Source: Clostridia bacterium (GTDB taxonomy: Bacteria; Bacillota; Clostridia; Oscillospirales; CAG-272). Taken from it: a DNA stretch of 64,000 nucleotides. The notes under the pieces are model-generated. The model ran no database searches, was not told the DNA's origin, and was given only the letters and a program-made list of their open reading frames with translations. This document shows, piece by piece, positions 41,531-52,266 of the stretch. A program made the position numbers and the translations under genes. Within the stretch, counting starts at the first letter, position 1. Every line of letters begins with the position of its first letter. The stretch lies in contig JAFQFR010000013.1 in NCBI GenBank assembly GCA_017398595.1, positions 152 to 64,151 on the forward strand, written 5' to 3'.

Positions 41531-44002
41531 ATGGAACAATATAACGTAACGGGTATGAGCTGCGCGGCATGCAGTGCCCGCGTGGAAAAAGCGGTCAAAG
41601 CGCTGGATGGCGTGACCGAGTGCTCGGTCAACCTGCTCACGGGTTCGATGGCGGTTTCGGGCAGTGCCACCGACGAGGAGATCATTGCCGCCGTGACCGC
41701 GGCGGGTTACGGCGCCTCGAAAAAGGGCGCGGAGAAGAAGCCGTCCGCCGACGAGGATGCGCTGAAAGATACCGAAACGCCGAAGCTGCTGCGCCGTCTC
41801 GTGACTTCGGTCGGATTTTTGGCAGTGCTCATGTACATTTCGATGGGGCATGTCATGTGGAACTTCCCGCTGCCGCCGTTCTTTACGAACAATCCGTTGG
41901 CAGTCGGCATGGCGCAGATGCTCCTGACCGTCGTGGTCATGTTCATCAACCGCAAATTTTTTATCAACGGTTTCAAGGGGCTTTTGCACCGCGCGCCGAA
42001 CATGGATACATTGGTTGCGCTCGGTTCGGCGGCTGCGTTCGGCTACAGCACCTGCGTGCTGTTTCTGATGACCAAGCAGTCGCCCGACGCGGCAATGCAC
42101 TCGATGCACGGGCTGTATTTTGAGTCGGCGGCAATGATTTTGACGCTGATCACGGTCGGCAAAATGCTGGAAGCGCGCGCCAAGGGCAAGACCACCGATG
42201 CGCTCAAAGGACTCATGCGCCTTGCGCCGAAGACGGCGACGCTCCTGCGCGACGGCAAAGAGGTCACCGTGCCGATCGCCGAGGTGAACAAGGGCGACAT
42301 CTTCGTAGTGCGCCCGGGCGAGAGCATCCCGGTGGACGGCGTTGTGACGAACGGCGGCGGTGCGGTGGATGAATCGGCGCTCACGGGCGAGAGCCTGCCT
42401 GTGGATAAGGCGGTCGGCGACCGCGTGTTCGCCGCCACGTCCAACCGTTCGGGGTATATGCAGTGCGAGGCAACGCACATCGGTGAGGACACCACCTTTT
42501 CGGGCATTATCAAGATGGTGAGCGATGCATCGGCGACCAAAGCGCCCGTGGCAAAGCTCGCCGACAAGGTTTCGGGCGTGTTTGTGCCGGTGGTCATGGG
42601 TATCGCCGCGGTGACATTTGCCGCGTGGATGCTTGGCGGCGAGACGGTAGGCTATGCGCTGGCACGCGCGATCTCGGTGCTGGTCATCAGTTGCCCCTGC
42701 GCGCTCGGACTTGCCACACCCGTTGCCATCATGGTGGCAAGCGGCGTGGGCGCCAAGCACGGCATTTTGTTTAAGACTGCGACTTCACTCGAGGAGACGG
42801 GCAAGGTCAAGACGGTCGCACTGGATAAAACGGGAACCATCACGCGCGGCGAACCGAGCGTGACCGAGTTGCTGCCTGCCGACGGCGTCATGCCGGGCGA
42901 TCTGCTGGCACTGGCGGCGGCACTCGAGTGCAAGAGCGAGCACCCGCTGGCAAAGGCGATCATGCAAAAAGCCGCCGCGGACGGCGTTACTGTCCGCGAT
43001 ACCGAAAACTTCACGGCGGTCGCGGGTAAGGGACTCACCGCCACGCTCGACGGCGTGGAGCTCACGGGCGGCAGCCTTGCGTATGTGGAAACCATCGCAA
43101 AACTGCCCGATACCGTAAAAACGACCGCCGAGCGCCTTGCCGCAGAGGGCAAAACGCCCCTCTGCTTCTGCCGCGGCGGGGCATATATCGGTATGATCGC
43201 GGTCGCCGACACGGTCAAGGAAGACAGCGCCGAGGCGATCGCCGCACTCAAAAAACTGGGCATTCACACAGTCATGCTCACGGGCGACAACGAGCGCACT
43301 GCGCGTGCCATTGCCGAGAAAGTGGGCGTGGACGAGGTGATCGCGGGTGTACTGCCGAGCGAAAAGGCAAACACCGTAAAGAGCCTTGCCGCGCGCGGCA
43401 AGGTCGCCATGGTCGGCGACGGCATCAACGACGCCCCCGCGTTGACGAGCGCGGACATCGGTATTGCGATCGGCGCGGGCGCGGATATTGCCGTGGACGC
43501 GGCGGATGTCGTGCTGATGCACAGCCGCCTGTCCGACGCGGTCTCGGCGATCCGTCTCAGCCGCGCGACGCTGCGCAACATCCGGCAGAACCTCTTTTGG
43601 GCATTCTTTTATAATGTGATCGGCATCCCGCTGGCGGCGGGGCTGTGGATCCCCGTGCTCGGCTGGGAGATGGATCCCATGTTCGGCGCGGCGGCAATGA
43701 GCCTGTCCAGCTTCTGCGTGGTGACAAACGCCCTGCGGTTGAACTTCTTTAAAACAAATTCTGCAAAAACGACTATCGAAACCGAAAAGGAGACAATAAC
43801 TATGGAAAAGACAATGCATATCAAGGGCATGATGTGCCCGCACTGCGAGGCAAACGTGAAGAAGTGTCTGGAAGCACTGCCCGAGGTAGACGAGGCGATC
43901 GTCAGCCACGAAAAGGGAACCGCAGTTCTGAAGCTGAACGCAGATGTCAGCGACGATGTGCTGAAAGCAACGGTAGAAGCGCAAGGCTATAGGGTGGTAT
44001 AA
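41531..44002 (+). CDS. copA: Copper-translocating P1B-type ATPase with an N-terminal HMA domain and a fused C-terminal CopZ-like HMA domain
   Basis: 823 aa. Motifs [18 protein letters not shown] (SCPCALGLA), [16 protein letters not shown] second [16 protein letters not shown] lies in residues 758-823. Confidence 0.93.
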   Translation: MEQYNVTGMSCAACSARVEKAVKALDGVTECSVNLLTGSMAVSGSATDEEIIAAVTAAGYGASKKGAEKKPSADEDALKDTETPKLLRRLVTSVGFLAVLMYISMGHVMWNFPLPPFFTNNPLAVGMAQMLLTVVVMFINRKFFINGFKGLLHRAPNMDTLVALGSAAAFGYSTCVLFLMTKQSPDAAMHSMHGLYFESAAMILTLITVGKMLEARAKGKTTDALKGLMRLAPKTATLLRDGKEVTVPIAEVNKGDIFVVRPGESIPVDGVVTNGGGAVDESALTGESLPVDKAVGDRVFAATSNRSGYMQCEATHIGEDTTFSGIIKMVSDASATKAPVAKLADKVSGVFVPVVMGIAAVTFAAWMLGGETVGYALARAISVLVISCPCALGLATPVAIMVASGVGAKHGILFKTATSLEETGKVKTVALDKTGTITRGEPSVTELLPADGVMPGDLLALAAALECKSEHPLAKAIMQKAAADGVTVRDTENFTAVAGKGLTATLDGVELTGGSLAYVETIAKLPDTVKTTAERLAAEGKTPLCFCRGGAYIGMIAVADTVKEDSAEAIAALKKLGIHTVMLTGDNERTARAIAEKVGVDEVIAGVLPSEKANTVKSLAARGKVAMVGDGINDAPALTSADIGIAIGAGADIAVDAADVVLMHSRLSDAVSAIRLSRATLRNIRQNLFWAFFYNVIGIPLAAGLWIPVLGWEMDPMFGAAAMSLSSFCVVTNALRLNFFKTNSAKTTIETEKETITMEKTMHIKGMMCPHCEANVKKCLEALPEVDEAIVSHEKGTAVLKLNADVSDDVLKATVEAQGYRVV

Positions 44003-44003
44003 A

Positions 44004-44525
44004 ATGAGCACAGTACAGGAAAACATTCTCTCGCGCCGCAGCGTGAAGGCATACAAACCCGATGCGGTACCGAAAGAGCTGATCGACCGCGTGATCGAAG
44101 CGGGACTCTATGCCGCAAACGGACGAAACTGGCAGTCATCCATCGTGCTCGCCGTGACCGACAAGACCATGCGTGACCGCCTTTCGGCAATGAATGCGGC
44201 AATCATGGGCAAGACCGACTTCGATCCCTTTTACGGTGCGCCCGTCGTGCTGGTGGTGCTCGGCGATAAGCAGTTTCCCACCCATGTATACGACGGTAGC
44301 CTGATGCTCGGCAACATGATGCTTGCCGCGCACGATCTCGGACTCGGCTCTTGCTGGATCCACCGCGCCAAAGAGGAGTTCGAGAGCGAAGAGGGCAAGG
44401 AGATCCTGCACTCGCTCGGCATCGAGGGCGATTATGAGGGCATTGGGCATCTCATCCTCGGCTACGCCGCCACCGAGCCGAAAGCGGCTCCCCCGCGCCG
44501 CCCGGGCCGCGTATACGAGATATAA
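44004..44525 (+). CDS. Nitroreductase family protein
   Basis: 173 aa. N-terminal ILSRRSVKAYKPD motif and the GLGSCWI motif typical of NfsB/FRase-type nitroreductases. Confidence 0.85.
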   Translation: MSTVQENILSRRSVKAYKPDAVPKELIDRVIEAGLYAANGRNWQSSIVLAVTDKTMRDRLSAMNAAIMGKTDFDPFYGAPVVLVVLGDKQFPTHVYDGSLMLGNMMLAAHDLGLGSCWIHRAKEEFESEEGKEILHSLGIEGDYEGIGHLILGYAATEPKAAPPRRPGRVYEI

Positions 44526-44654
44526 ATATGAAAAATGCACTGCTTCGGCAGTGCATTTTTTTGTGTGCGGGAAAATTACAAAACATAAAAATGAATAAAA
44601 CAGTTGATTTAGCGCGTGGCGTACAGTACAATTGGATATAAGGATGGTGATGGC

Positions 44655-44963
44655 ATGGAACAACAGGAATTCAGCCTTAGGCTTGCGCAATTGCGATTGA
44701 ACAAGGGTGTTTCCGCACGAGAAATGAGCCTGGCGATCGGTCAAAGTAAAGGGTATATCAACAATATCGAGACAGGCGTCAGCTTTCCGTCCATGACGGT
44801 ATTCTTTTATATCTGTGAGTATTTAGGCATTACGCCGATGGAATTCTTTGATGTGGATTCCAAAAATCCGTCCAAAGCGCAGGAATTGCTGTCCGCTGTG
44901 AAAGGGCTTAGCAACGACGACTTGGATCACCTGATCGCTCTTGCGAAAGGTTTGAAAAAATAA
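44655..44963 (+). CDS. XRE family HTH transcriptional regulator
   Basis: 102 aa from the ATG after AAGGATGGTG. Contains RLAQLRLNKGVSAREMSLAIGQSKGYINNIETG. A TTGATT-N17-TACAAT promoter lies at 44604-44632. Confidence 0.8.
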   Translation: MEQQEFSLRLAQLRLNKGVSAREMSLAIGQSKGYINNIETGVSFPSMTVFFYICEYLGITPMEFFDVDSKNPSKAQELLSAVKGLSNDDLDHLIALAKGLKK

Positions 44964-44969
44964 CAAAAG

Positions 44970-44998
44970 AAAAAAGCCGCGGACGCGGCTTTTTCTTT
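44970..44998. terminator. Bidirectional terminator between convergent genes
   Basis: AAAAAAGCCGCG-GAC-GCGGCTTTTTC. Confidence 0.8.
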
Positions 44999-45002
44999 TG
45001 CT

Positions 45003-46031
45003 TTATCGGATCATTTCTTCTTGCTTGCCGGTGGATTTGTGCGAGCGGATGACGCCCTCCACCTCGGTGATGCTGCTTGCGGGCAGGTCGCCGACGATGG
45101 TATTCTTGACGGCGGAGAGTGCGTTGCCGATCTCGAGCGCGCGGGTAATATCGCCGTAGCGCACGAGTCCGAATAGCACGCCCGCGATGTACGCGTCGCC
45201 GCTGCCGATACGGTCAATGACTTCGATGCCCATGTACGGCGGCTCCTCGTAGAACGCGCCCTCAAAGTAGATCTTCGAGCCGAAGTTGTGGCGCATGGGG
45301 CTGACGACCTCGCGGCGGGTGGTGGCTACCAGTTTGCAGCCGTATGTATCCGCGTAGCCGCGCATGATCTCTTCCAGCGTGCCTGTGCGCTGCAGCATAC
45401 GGCGGGAGGTCTCCTCGGAAACAAAGAGCAGATCAACGTAGGGGAAAACCGACTCGACGACCTCTTTCGCCTCCTCCTCGCTCCACAGCGTTGCGCGGTA
45501 GTTGACGTCGAACGAGATCAGCGCGCCCGCTGCCTTGAAGCGCTTGATGACCTCAATTGCGGTCGCGCGCAGCGACTTGCCGATGGCGAGCGAGATGCTG
45601 CTGATGTGGAAGATCTTTGCCTTACCGTAGATGTCCTCGGGGATCTCGTCGAGCGTGAGCGTGGTTGCCGAGGAGAGGGCACGGTCATAGATCACGGCGG
45701 ACTTGCGGGGGTACGCGCCGCTTTCGTAATAGTAAATGCCGAGGCGCTTTTCGGGCGAGTTGTCATAGACGATGTAGTCGTCGCTGACGTCACCGTAGCG
45801 GATCTTGTTGCGGATGAAGTGGCCCATCTTGTTTTCGGGCAGCTTTGTGATGATGGCGGAGCGTGCGCCGAGCATTGCCGCGCCCGATGCGACGTTCAGT
45901 TCGGTGCCTGCGGCGCCTTTTTCAAAGGTCTCACTCTGCGAGATCTTTTCTTTATCGGGGGCGGACAGACGCAGCATGACTTCGCCCAGTCCAATGATGT
46001 CAAATTCGGTGTTTTGCTTGAGGGTTAACAT
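45003..46031 (-). CDS. PfkB-family sugar kinase (2-keto-3-deoxygluconate kinase-like)
   Basis: 342 aa. Motifs GAAGTELNVA (N-terminal) and DRIGSGDAYIAGVLFG (the PfkB ATP-site motif). Confidence 0.8.
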   Translation of the reverse strand: MLTLKQNTEFDIIGLGEVMLRLSAPDKEKISQSETFEKGAAGTELNVASGAAMLGARSAIITKLPENKMGHFIRNKIRYGDVSDDYIVYDNSPEKRLGIYYYESGAYPRKSAVIYDRALSSATTLTLDEIPEDIYGKAKIFHISSISLAIGKSLRATAIEVIKRFKAAGALISFDVNYRATLWSEEEAKEVVESVFPYVDLLFVSEETSRRMLQRTGTLEEIMRGYADTYGCKLVATTRREVVSPMRHNFGSKIYFEGAFYEEPPYMGIEVIDRIGSGDAYIAGVLFGLVRYGDITRALEIGNALSAVKNTIVGDLPASSITEVEGVIRSHKSTGKQEEMIR

Positions 46032-46032
46032 T

Positions 46033-46578
46033 TTAATACTCCTTGTTTTCTTTCAGAAGCTCCCGCATGCAGGCAAAGGCGACTTCCTCGCCGTGCTCGG
46101 CAAGCAGTGTGAGCAGTTTTTCGGTCAGATCCGAGGTTTCGGGGTGGATGAAGCGGTTCGCCTTTCCGCGCAGAAAGTAGTCGAGCGGATGGCGGTCGGT
46201 GTACTGATCTCCCTGATAGATCTTGCTGGCGGCGACGCGGTCGCAGACCATCTCGATCACATAGCGCAGCGGCATCTTGACGGGCTCCACTTTGCGTGCT
46301 TTCGGATTGTAGTCGTTCCAGTACTCAAAGTGATGCTTGTTGCGCCCCTTGTGGTGCAGCCAGGCGGCGGAATAGCCGTGCTCCTCACGTTCCAGCTCGT
46401 TGGGGCTGCGCGTGCCGACATAATACCGCGCACCCGCCGAGAATTCGCAGGGCGAATACTTGGAGAGATCGTGCCGCAGTCCCTGCCAAAGGATGCCCGC
46501 GCGTGCGCAGTGGCGAATCACCGTGTGGCGGTGCTTGGTAATGGTTTTAAAATGCCCGATGGCTCCGCGTATGCTCAT
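46033..46578 (-). CDS. DUF5662-family protein
   Basis: 181 aa from the ATG after GGAG. Contains HFKTITKHRHTVIRHC...GLRHDLSKYSP...AAWLHHKGRNKHHFEYW, which I recall as the DUF5662 signature. Confidence 0.6.
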   Translation of the reverse strand: MSIRGAIGHFKTITKHRHTVIRHCARAGILWQGLRHDLSKYSPCEFSAGARYYVGTRSPNELEREEHGYSAAWLHHKGRNKHHFEYWNDYNPKARKVEPVKMPLRYVIEMVCDRVAASKIYQGDQYTDRHPLDYFLRGKANRFIHPETSDLTEKLLTLLAEHGEEVAFACMRELLKENKEY

Positions 46579-47069
46579 GTTTGTTCTCCAAATTTGCCGA
46601 ATTCGCACAGCCCATCAAAATCGCGCTGACGCAACACCTCGTACACACCTACGGCGACAGAGTTTGAGAGATTCAGACTGCGCAGATGGTCGCGCATCGG
46701 GATGCGCACCGTGCGGTCAAGGTTGGCTTCGAGCAGATCCTCGGGCAGTCCCTTGGTCTCCTTGCCGAACATCAGATACACGGGGGCGGGGTAGGCGACT
46801 TCGGTGTACGCCCGCGGCGCCTTGGTGCTGTAATAATAGACCTCGGCATTCGGATTTTTTGCGTAAAAATCCGCGAGGTTATCATAGTAGGTGATGTCCA
46901 GTTTGTCCCAGTAGTCGAGCCCCGCACGCTTCAGCTTGCGGTCGTCGATCGCAAAGCCCAAGGGGCGGATGAGGTGCAGTGCCGCGCCCGTCGCGGCACA
47001 GGTACGCGCAATGTTGCCGGTATTCTGGGGGATCTCCGGCTCGAGCAGTACGATATTGATGTCTTTCAC
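46575..47069 (-). CDS. trmL: tRNA (cytidine/uridine-34-2'-O)-methyltransferase (SpoU/TrmL)
   Basis: 164 aa. Contains IVLLEPEIPQNTGNIARTCAATGAALHLI and the SLNLSNSVAV knot motif. Confidence 0.85.
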   Translation of the reverse strand: MKDINIVLLEPEIPQNTGNIARTCAATGAALHLIRPLGFAIDDRKLKRAGLDYWDKLDITYYDNLADFYAKNPNAEVYYYSTKAPRAYTEVAYPAPVYLMFGKETKGLPEDLLEANLDRTVRIPMRDHLRSLNLSNSVAVGVYEVLRQRDFDGLCEFGKFGEQT

Positions 47070-47251
47070 ACGAAACTCCTGATTTTCTTATTAACAGAAC
47101 TATTATATAGCGTTTTTTTGCGCTCTGCAAGCGGAAATATGATTTATTTGTGAAATTTCGGAACAAGGGTTCAAAAACAGTAAAATATGTGGTACAATAA
47201 CTTAAATAGAAACTTAAAACAGAACAATACCGAAAGGACAATCTATACGCT

Positions 47252-50002
47252 ATGGGACTTATCGCAAAAATTTTCGGCACCTACAGCGACCATCAAATCA
47301 AGAAACTGAAAGTGATCGCAGATCAGATCGAGGCACTTTCTTCTAAATACGCTGCTATGTCCGACGAGGAGTTGCGCGCACAGACCGCAGCACTCAAAGA
47401 GAGACTCGCCGGCGGAGAAACGCTCGACGACATCCTGCCCGACGCATTTGCCGTCGTCCGCGAGGCAGACTGGCGCGTGCTCGGCAAGCGCCCCTTTTAT
47501 GTGCAGCTGCTCGGCGGCATCATTCTGCATCAGGGCAGAATCGCCGAGATGAAGACCGGTGAGGGTAAGACGCTGGTTGCCACCATGCCCGCGTATCTCA
47601 ACGCGCTGACGGGCAAGGGCGTACACATCGTCACCGTCAACGACTATCTGGCGCGCCGCGACAGCGAGGAAATGGGTCGCGTGTACGAGTTCCTCGGACT
47701 CTCCACGGGACTTGTCGTGCACGGACAGATGCCCGGTGAAAAGCACAAGGCTTACAACGCCGACATTACCTACGGTACCAACAACGAGTTTGGCTTTGAC
47801 TATCTGCGCGACAACATGGTCGTCTACAAGGAGCATATGGTGCAGCGCGGACACAATTTTGCCATCGTGGACGAGGTGGACTCCATCCTCATCGATGAGG
47901 CGCGCACACCGCTGATCATTTCGGGCGAGGGCGAGAAGTCCACCGAGCTGTATCAGCTCGCGGAAAAGTTTGCATGGGGATTGCGCAAAAAGGTCATCAA
48001 AGAAGCGGACGACAAGCAGGATATTGAGGAGATCGCCGACGATGCCGATTACGTCGTAGACGAAAAGGCAAAGACGGTCGTGCTCACCGCGAGCGGTATC
48101 GCCAAGGCGGAGCAGTTCTTCCACCTCGACGACTACTCCGATCCCGCAAACTCCACGATCGCCCACCACATCAACCAGGCGATCCGCGCACACGGCATTA
48201 TGAAGCGCGACGTGGACTATGTTGTCAAGGACGGTGAGGTCATCATCGTCGATGCGTTCACGGGCCGTCTCATGCCCGGCAGACGCTACAACAACGGTCT
48301 GCATCAGGCGATCGAGGCAAAAGAGCACGTCACAGTGGAAAAGGAATCCAAGACGCTCGCGTCCATCACGTTCCAGAACTATTTCCGTCTGTATGCAAAG
48401 CTCTCGGGCATGACGGGTACGGCACTCACCGAGGAGAACGAATTCCGCGAGATCTACAGCCTGGACGTTGTCGAGGTGCCCACCAACCGCCCCATGATCC
48501 GCAAGGATTTTCCCGACGCGGTGTATAAAACGCGCGCGGGCAAGTACCGCGCGATCGTGCAGAAGATCATCGAGTGCCATGCCAAGGGACAGCCTGTCCT
48601 GGTCGGTACCGTTTCGATCGAAAAGAGCGAGGAGCTCTCGCATGAACTGAAGAAAAACGGCATTGCGCATGTTGTGCTGAATGCAAAGCACCACGAAAAG
48701 GAAGCCGAGATCGTCGCACAGGCGGGTAAGCTCGGCGCGGTCACCATTTCCACCAACATGGCGGGACGCGGTACCGATATTATGCTCGGCGGCAACCCCG
48801 AATATCTTGCCAAGAACAAGATGCGTCAGATGGGCATTGCCGAGGAGCTGATCGCGCTGTCTACGGGCAGCTCGGTCACAGCGGATGCGGAAGTGCTTGC
48901 CGCACGGCAGACATTCTCCGAGCTGTATGAAAAGTATAAAGAAGAGATCAAACCCGAGGCGGAGAAGGTCCGCGAGGCGGGCGGTCTCTTTATCCTCGGT
49001 ACCGAGCGGCATGAGAGCCGCCGTATCGACAATCAGCTGCGCGGACGTTCGGGACGTCAGGGCGACCCCGGTCAGTCCAAGTTCTATATTTCGCTCGAGG
49101 ATGACCTCATGCGCCTGTTCGGCGGCGATCGTCTCTATAATATGGTAGACCGTCTCGGTCTTGACGAGGACACCCCCATCGATGCAAAGATCCTGTCCGA
49201 CAATATCGAGTCGGCGCAGAAGCGCATCGAGGATCAGAACTTTAACCGCCGTAAAAACGTCCTCACTTACGACGACGTTATGAACCAGCAGCGTGAAGTT
49301 ATCTACAAGCAGCGCCGCGACGTACTCGACGGCGTGGATATCAGCGAGACGGTTCGCGGCTGGCTGGACAGCGTGACAAGCGATGTAGTCATGTCCTTTA
49401 TGGACCACGAGAGCGGCGAATATAACTATGCAGGTCTGCTCACAAACTTCGTCGGCGCGATCCTGCGTCTCGAGCACTCCGAGGAGGAGATCCGCTCGAT
49501 GGATGAGACTGCGCTCGCCGCGGCTGCGTCCGAGTGCGCGAAGAAGCTGTACGCAAACCGCGAGCAGGTTTGGAAAGAGGCAGGCATCGACATGCGCGAG
49601 GTAGAGCGCACGCTGCTGCTCCGCTCGGTCGATGAAAAGTGGATGGATCACATCGACGCAATGGATGAACTCAAGGGCAGCATCGGACTCAACGCCTATG
49701 CACAGCGTAACCCGATCAACGAGTACCGCATCCAGGGCGCGGATATGTTTGACGCAATGGTTGCCGACATCAAGGAAACCACCGTTCTGCGTGTGCTTTC
49801 GGCTCTGCCGAGAAGAGAAGCGCCCATCGAGCGTAAACAGGTCGCAAAGCCGCTGGTAGAGGGCTTTGCGGGCGGCAAGATGCCGCAGAAGAAGGCGCCT
49901 GTACGCAAGACGGAAAAGGTCGGACGCAACGATCCTTGCCCCTGCGGCAGCGGTAAAAAGTATAAAAAGTGCTGCGGCGCGAACGACAGCAGCGCCGAAT
50001 AA
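47252..50002 (+). CDS. secA: Preprotein translocase ATPase SecA
   Basis: 916 aa. Motifs [39 protein letters not shown] and [11 protein letters not shown]-terminal zinc finger [14 protein letters not shown]. Confidence 0.97.
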   Translation: MGLIAKIFGTYSDHQIKKLKVIADQIEALSSKYAAMSDEELRAQTAALKERLAGGETLDDILPDAFAVVREADWRVLGKRPFYVQLLGGIILHQGRIAEMKTGEGKTLVATMPAYLNALTGKGVHIVTVNDYLARRDSEEMGRVYEFLGLSTGLVVHGQMPGEKHKAYNADITYGTNNEFGFDYLRDNMVVYKEHMVQRGHNFAIVDEVDSILIDEARTPLIISGEGEKSTELYQLAEKFAWGLRKKVIKEADDKQDIEEIADDADYVVDEKAKTVVLTASGIAKAEQFFHLDDYSDPANSTIAHHINQAIRAHGIMKRDVDYVVKDGEVIIVDAFTGRLMPGRRYNNGLHQAIEAKEHVTVEKESKTLASITFQNYFRLYAKLSGMTGTALTEENEFREIYSLDVVEVPTNRPMIRKDFPDAVYKTRAGKYRAIVQKIIECHAKGQPVLVGTVSIEKSEELSHELKKNGIAHVVLNAKHHEKEAEIVAQAGKLGAVTISTNMAGRGTDIMLGGNPEYLAKNKMRQMGIAEELIALSTGSSVTADAEVLAARQTFSELYEKYKEEIKPEAEKVREAGGLFILGTERHESRRIDNQLRGRSGRQGDPGQSKFYISLEDDLMRLFGGDRLYNMVDRLGLDEDTPIDAKILSDNIESAQKRIEDQNFNRRKNVLTYDDVMNQQREVIYKQRRDVLDGVDISETVRGWLDSVTSDVVMSFMDHESGEYNYAGLLTNFVGAILRLEHSEEEIRSMDETALAAAASECAKKLYANREQVWKEAGIDMREVERTLLLRSVDEKWMDHIDAMDELKGSIGLNAYAQRNPINEYRIQGADMFDAMVADIKETTVLRVLSALPRREAPIERKQVAKPLVEGFAGGKMPQKKAPVRKTEKVGRNDPCPCGSGKKYKKCCGANDSSAE

Positions 50003-50105
50003 GTGAAGCCTACGGAGGAATGGATTTTTGCACGGTAGTGCAAAAATCTTCCTCACCTCTTCACTCTTCACTCTTACCTATTACTTCAAAATCAGGAGGG
50101 AACGT

Positions 50106-51566
50106 ATGAAGAACAAGATGATCCGCTTTGGACTTTTGATCTGCGGTTTGGTCTTTTTTTGCAATCCCAATCTCAATATTGTTGACTTTTTGCCCGATTG
50201 TATCGGATGTCTCCTGATCGTCATCGCGCTTACCAAGCTCGGCGATCTGTGCGCCGATGTTGGCGAGGCAAAGCGCGCGTTTACCACGCTGTTTTGGATC
50301 ACGCTCTCCAAGCTCCCTGCGCTGATCCTGGTGATGTGGATCACCGGTCAGAACGCAAGCGAGGAGACCATGTGGCTGGTATTTACCTTCTGCTATGCCG
50401 TGGCGGAAACGGTGTTTGCCATGCGCGCATTCTCGCTTCTGTTTGACGGGCTTGCATATCTTGGAACAAGACACGATGGCGGAGAGTTTTTGTATGTTTG
50501 GTCGTCCAAACCGCAAAAAGCGGATGCGAACGGTGCATCTCGCCGTGTACGGGCGAAACGCGTTGAAAATCTGATGCACTTGACTTCTGCTTTTTTGGTG
50601 GCGAAAGCACTGCTGTACACATTGCCCGAATTTTGCCGCCTTTCGTCGTATGACACGCTGGGCTATATCACCCCCGAGGGACTTGCGCTCAGCGGATTTT
50701 ACCCGCTGTTTGTAGGCGCTGCCGTATTGGTCGGGCTGGTTATCGGTATCGTGTGGCTGTGTCAGGTCTGCGGCTATGTGCGTCAGATCGCAAAGCATAC
50801 GGATTTTTGGAACGGCATGTATCAGCAGTATGCGGCAACCGTTCTCCCGCGCACGGGCATCTTCGTGATGCGCCGCATGTATGCGTTTTCCGTGCTTGTA
50901 TCCGCGGCGGCGATCTTCTCGGTCGATTTTTATCTCGACGAGGTCAACTGTCTGCCCGACTTTATCTCGGCGATCCTGTTCTTTATTGCGGCTTTCGTCA
51001 TTGCAAAGGATGCCGGCGGTGCGCTGTGGCTGAAGATCACTTCGGCGGCGTACTTTGTTGCTTCCGCGGCGACATTCGTCACCATGATCGGCTTTACCAA
51101 TGAGTATCCCTACAGCGCGGTGCACAAGATCGAGCGCGCGCAGATGCTGTATTCCCGCTATGCGATCTCCAATGCAGTTGCGCAGATCACTTTCATCGCC
51201 GTGATGTTTTCGCTTGCCGCGCTGCTCATGCGCATCGTGCGTGCGCACACGGGCATCAACACCGTCACCGGCGTGTCGAACAGCTCGCGCCCGCTGGTGC
51301 AGGTATACGGCGGCAGAACCGTTCGCCTGCGTATCGTTTCGGTTGCTGCGGCGATCATGAGCGTTCTGTATTTCTACTTCGTTGTCGATGTCAAAACGAT
51401 CCAGCTTCGTGCCAATGCGTATACCGAGGGCGGATACCTCTATTTCCCCGAGTTTGAGATCGTTTGGATGGTCGATTTTGCGATCGCCATGATCTACGCG
51501 ATCTTCACCTGCAACCTCGTCAGCGATCTGCTCTCCGAGGTGCGGTACAAGTATAAGTATGAATAA
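50106..51566 (+). CDS. Polytopic membrane protein of unknown function with internal duplication
   Basis: 486 aa from the ATG after GGAGGG, with at least 10 hydrophobic segments. The N-terminal block NIVDFLPDCIGCLLIVIALTKLGD is echoed by EVNCLPDFISAILFFIAAFVIAKD in the second half. Confidence 0.6.
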   Translation: MKNKMIRFGLLICGLVFFCNPNLNIVDFLPDCIGCLLIVIALTKLGDLCADVGEAKRAFTTLFWITLSKLPALILVMWITGQNASEETMWLVFTFCYAVAETVFAMRAFSLLFDGLAYLGTRHDGGEFLYVWSSKPQKADANGASRRVRAKRVENLMHLTSAFLVAKALLYTLPEFCRLSSYDTLGYITPEGLALSGFYPLFVGAAVLVGLVIGIVWLCQVCGYVRQIAKHTDFWNGMYQQYAATVLPRTGIFVMRRMYAFSVLVSAAAIFSVDFYLDEVNCLPDFISAILFFIAAFVIAKDAGGALWLKITSAAYFVASAATFVTMIGFTNEYPYSAVHKIERAQMLYSRYAISNAVAQITFIAVMFSLAALLMRIVRAHTGINTVTGVSNSSRPLVQVYGGRTVRLRIVSVAAAIMSVLYFYFVVDVKTIQLRANAYTEGGYLYFPEFEIVWMVDFAIAMIYAIFTCNLVSDLLSEVRYKYKYE

Positions 51567-51589
51567 ATAGAATAAACAGAAAAAACAGA

Positions 51590-51622
51590 AAAAACAGGTC
51601 GGCACCCGCCGACCTGTTTTTG
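51590..51622 (+). terminator. Rho-independent terminator
   Basis: CAGGTCGGC/GCCGACCTG stem followed by TTTTT. Confidence 0.75.
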
Positions 51623-51702
51623 TAAACGCAGATTTCTTTTTTCTTTTCCCGATGCAACCAAATGGGAAATTTTTCGATATTATAGGTGAAGGGAGTGGCG
51701 AT

Positions 51703-52266
51703 ATGGACGACACGAAGATCATAGACTTATACCTTGCACGCAATGAAGATGCCGTGCGGCAAACGGATACAAAATACGGTAAGCGGCTGCTCGCGCTCTC
51801 CGAAAATATCACCGCTGATCATGCGGACGCCGAGGAATGCGTGAGCGACACCTATCTTGCCGCTTGGAACGGCATTCCGCCGAGTGAACCGCGCGATCAC
51901 TTTTTTGCATGGCTGGCGCGGATCGCGCGGTGCAGTGCTTTAGACATCTGCCGCCGCCGCAGCGCGGCAAAGCGGCAGGCAGTACTGGTGGAGCTGTCCG
52001 AAGAGCTTGGGCAGTGCCTCGCCGCTGAGGCGCGCGCCGATAGGCTGCTCAGTGAAGAATCCGAGATCGCGGCGGCGCTCGATGCATTTTTGGCAACACT
52101 GGATAAAGAGACACGCGCGGTATTCCTGCGCCGCTACTTCTATGCCGACCGCATCAAGGTGATCGCGGTGCGCTTTTCTATGAGCGAGAGCAAGGTCAAG
52201 TCCATGCTGCTGCGCACGCGCGAAAAGCTGCGCGCACACCTTTCGGAAAGGGGGATCACGCTGTGA
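51703..52266 (+). CDS. ECF-type sigma-70 family sigma factor
   Basis: 187 aa from the ATG after GGGAG. Region 2 EECVSDTYLAAWNGIPP and region 4 RAVFLRRYFYADRIKVIAVRFSMSESKVKSMLLRTREKLR. Confidence 0.85.
   Translation: MDDTKIIDLYLARNEDAVRQTDTKYGKRLLALSENITADHADAEECVSDTYLAAWNGIPPSEPRDHFFAWLARIARCSALDICRRRSAAKRQAVLVELSEELGQCLAAEARADRLLSEESEIAAALDAFLATLDKETRAVFLRRYFYADRIKVIAVRFSMSESKVKSMLLRTREKLRAHLSERGITL

Noticed and set aside
47243-50071. 942-aa ORF on the minus strand, opposite secA.
   Set aside because: It is a shadow ORF of a high-GC gene. The plus-strand product is an unmistakable SecA. The antisense translation is Arg/His/Ala/Leu-rich with no motif, and it has no RBS.
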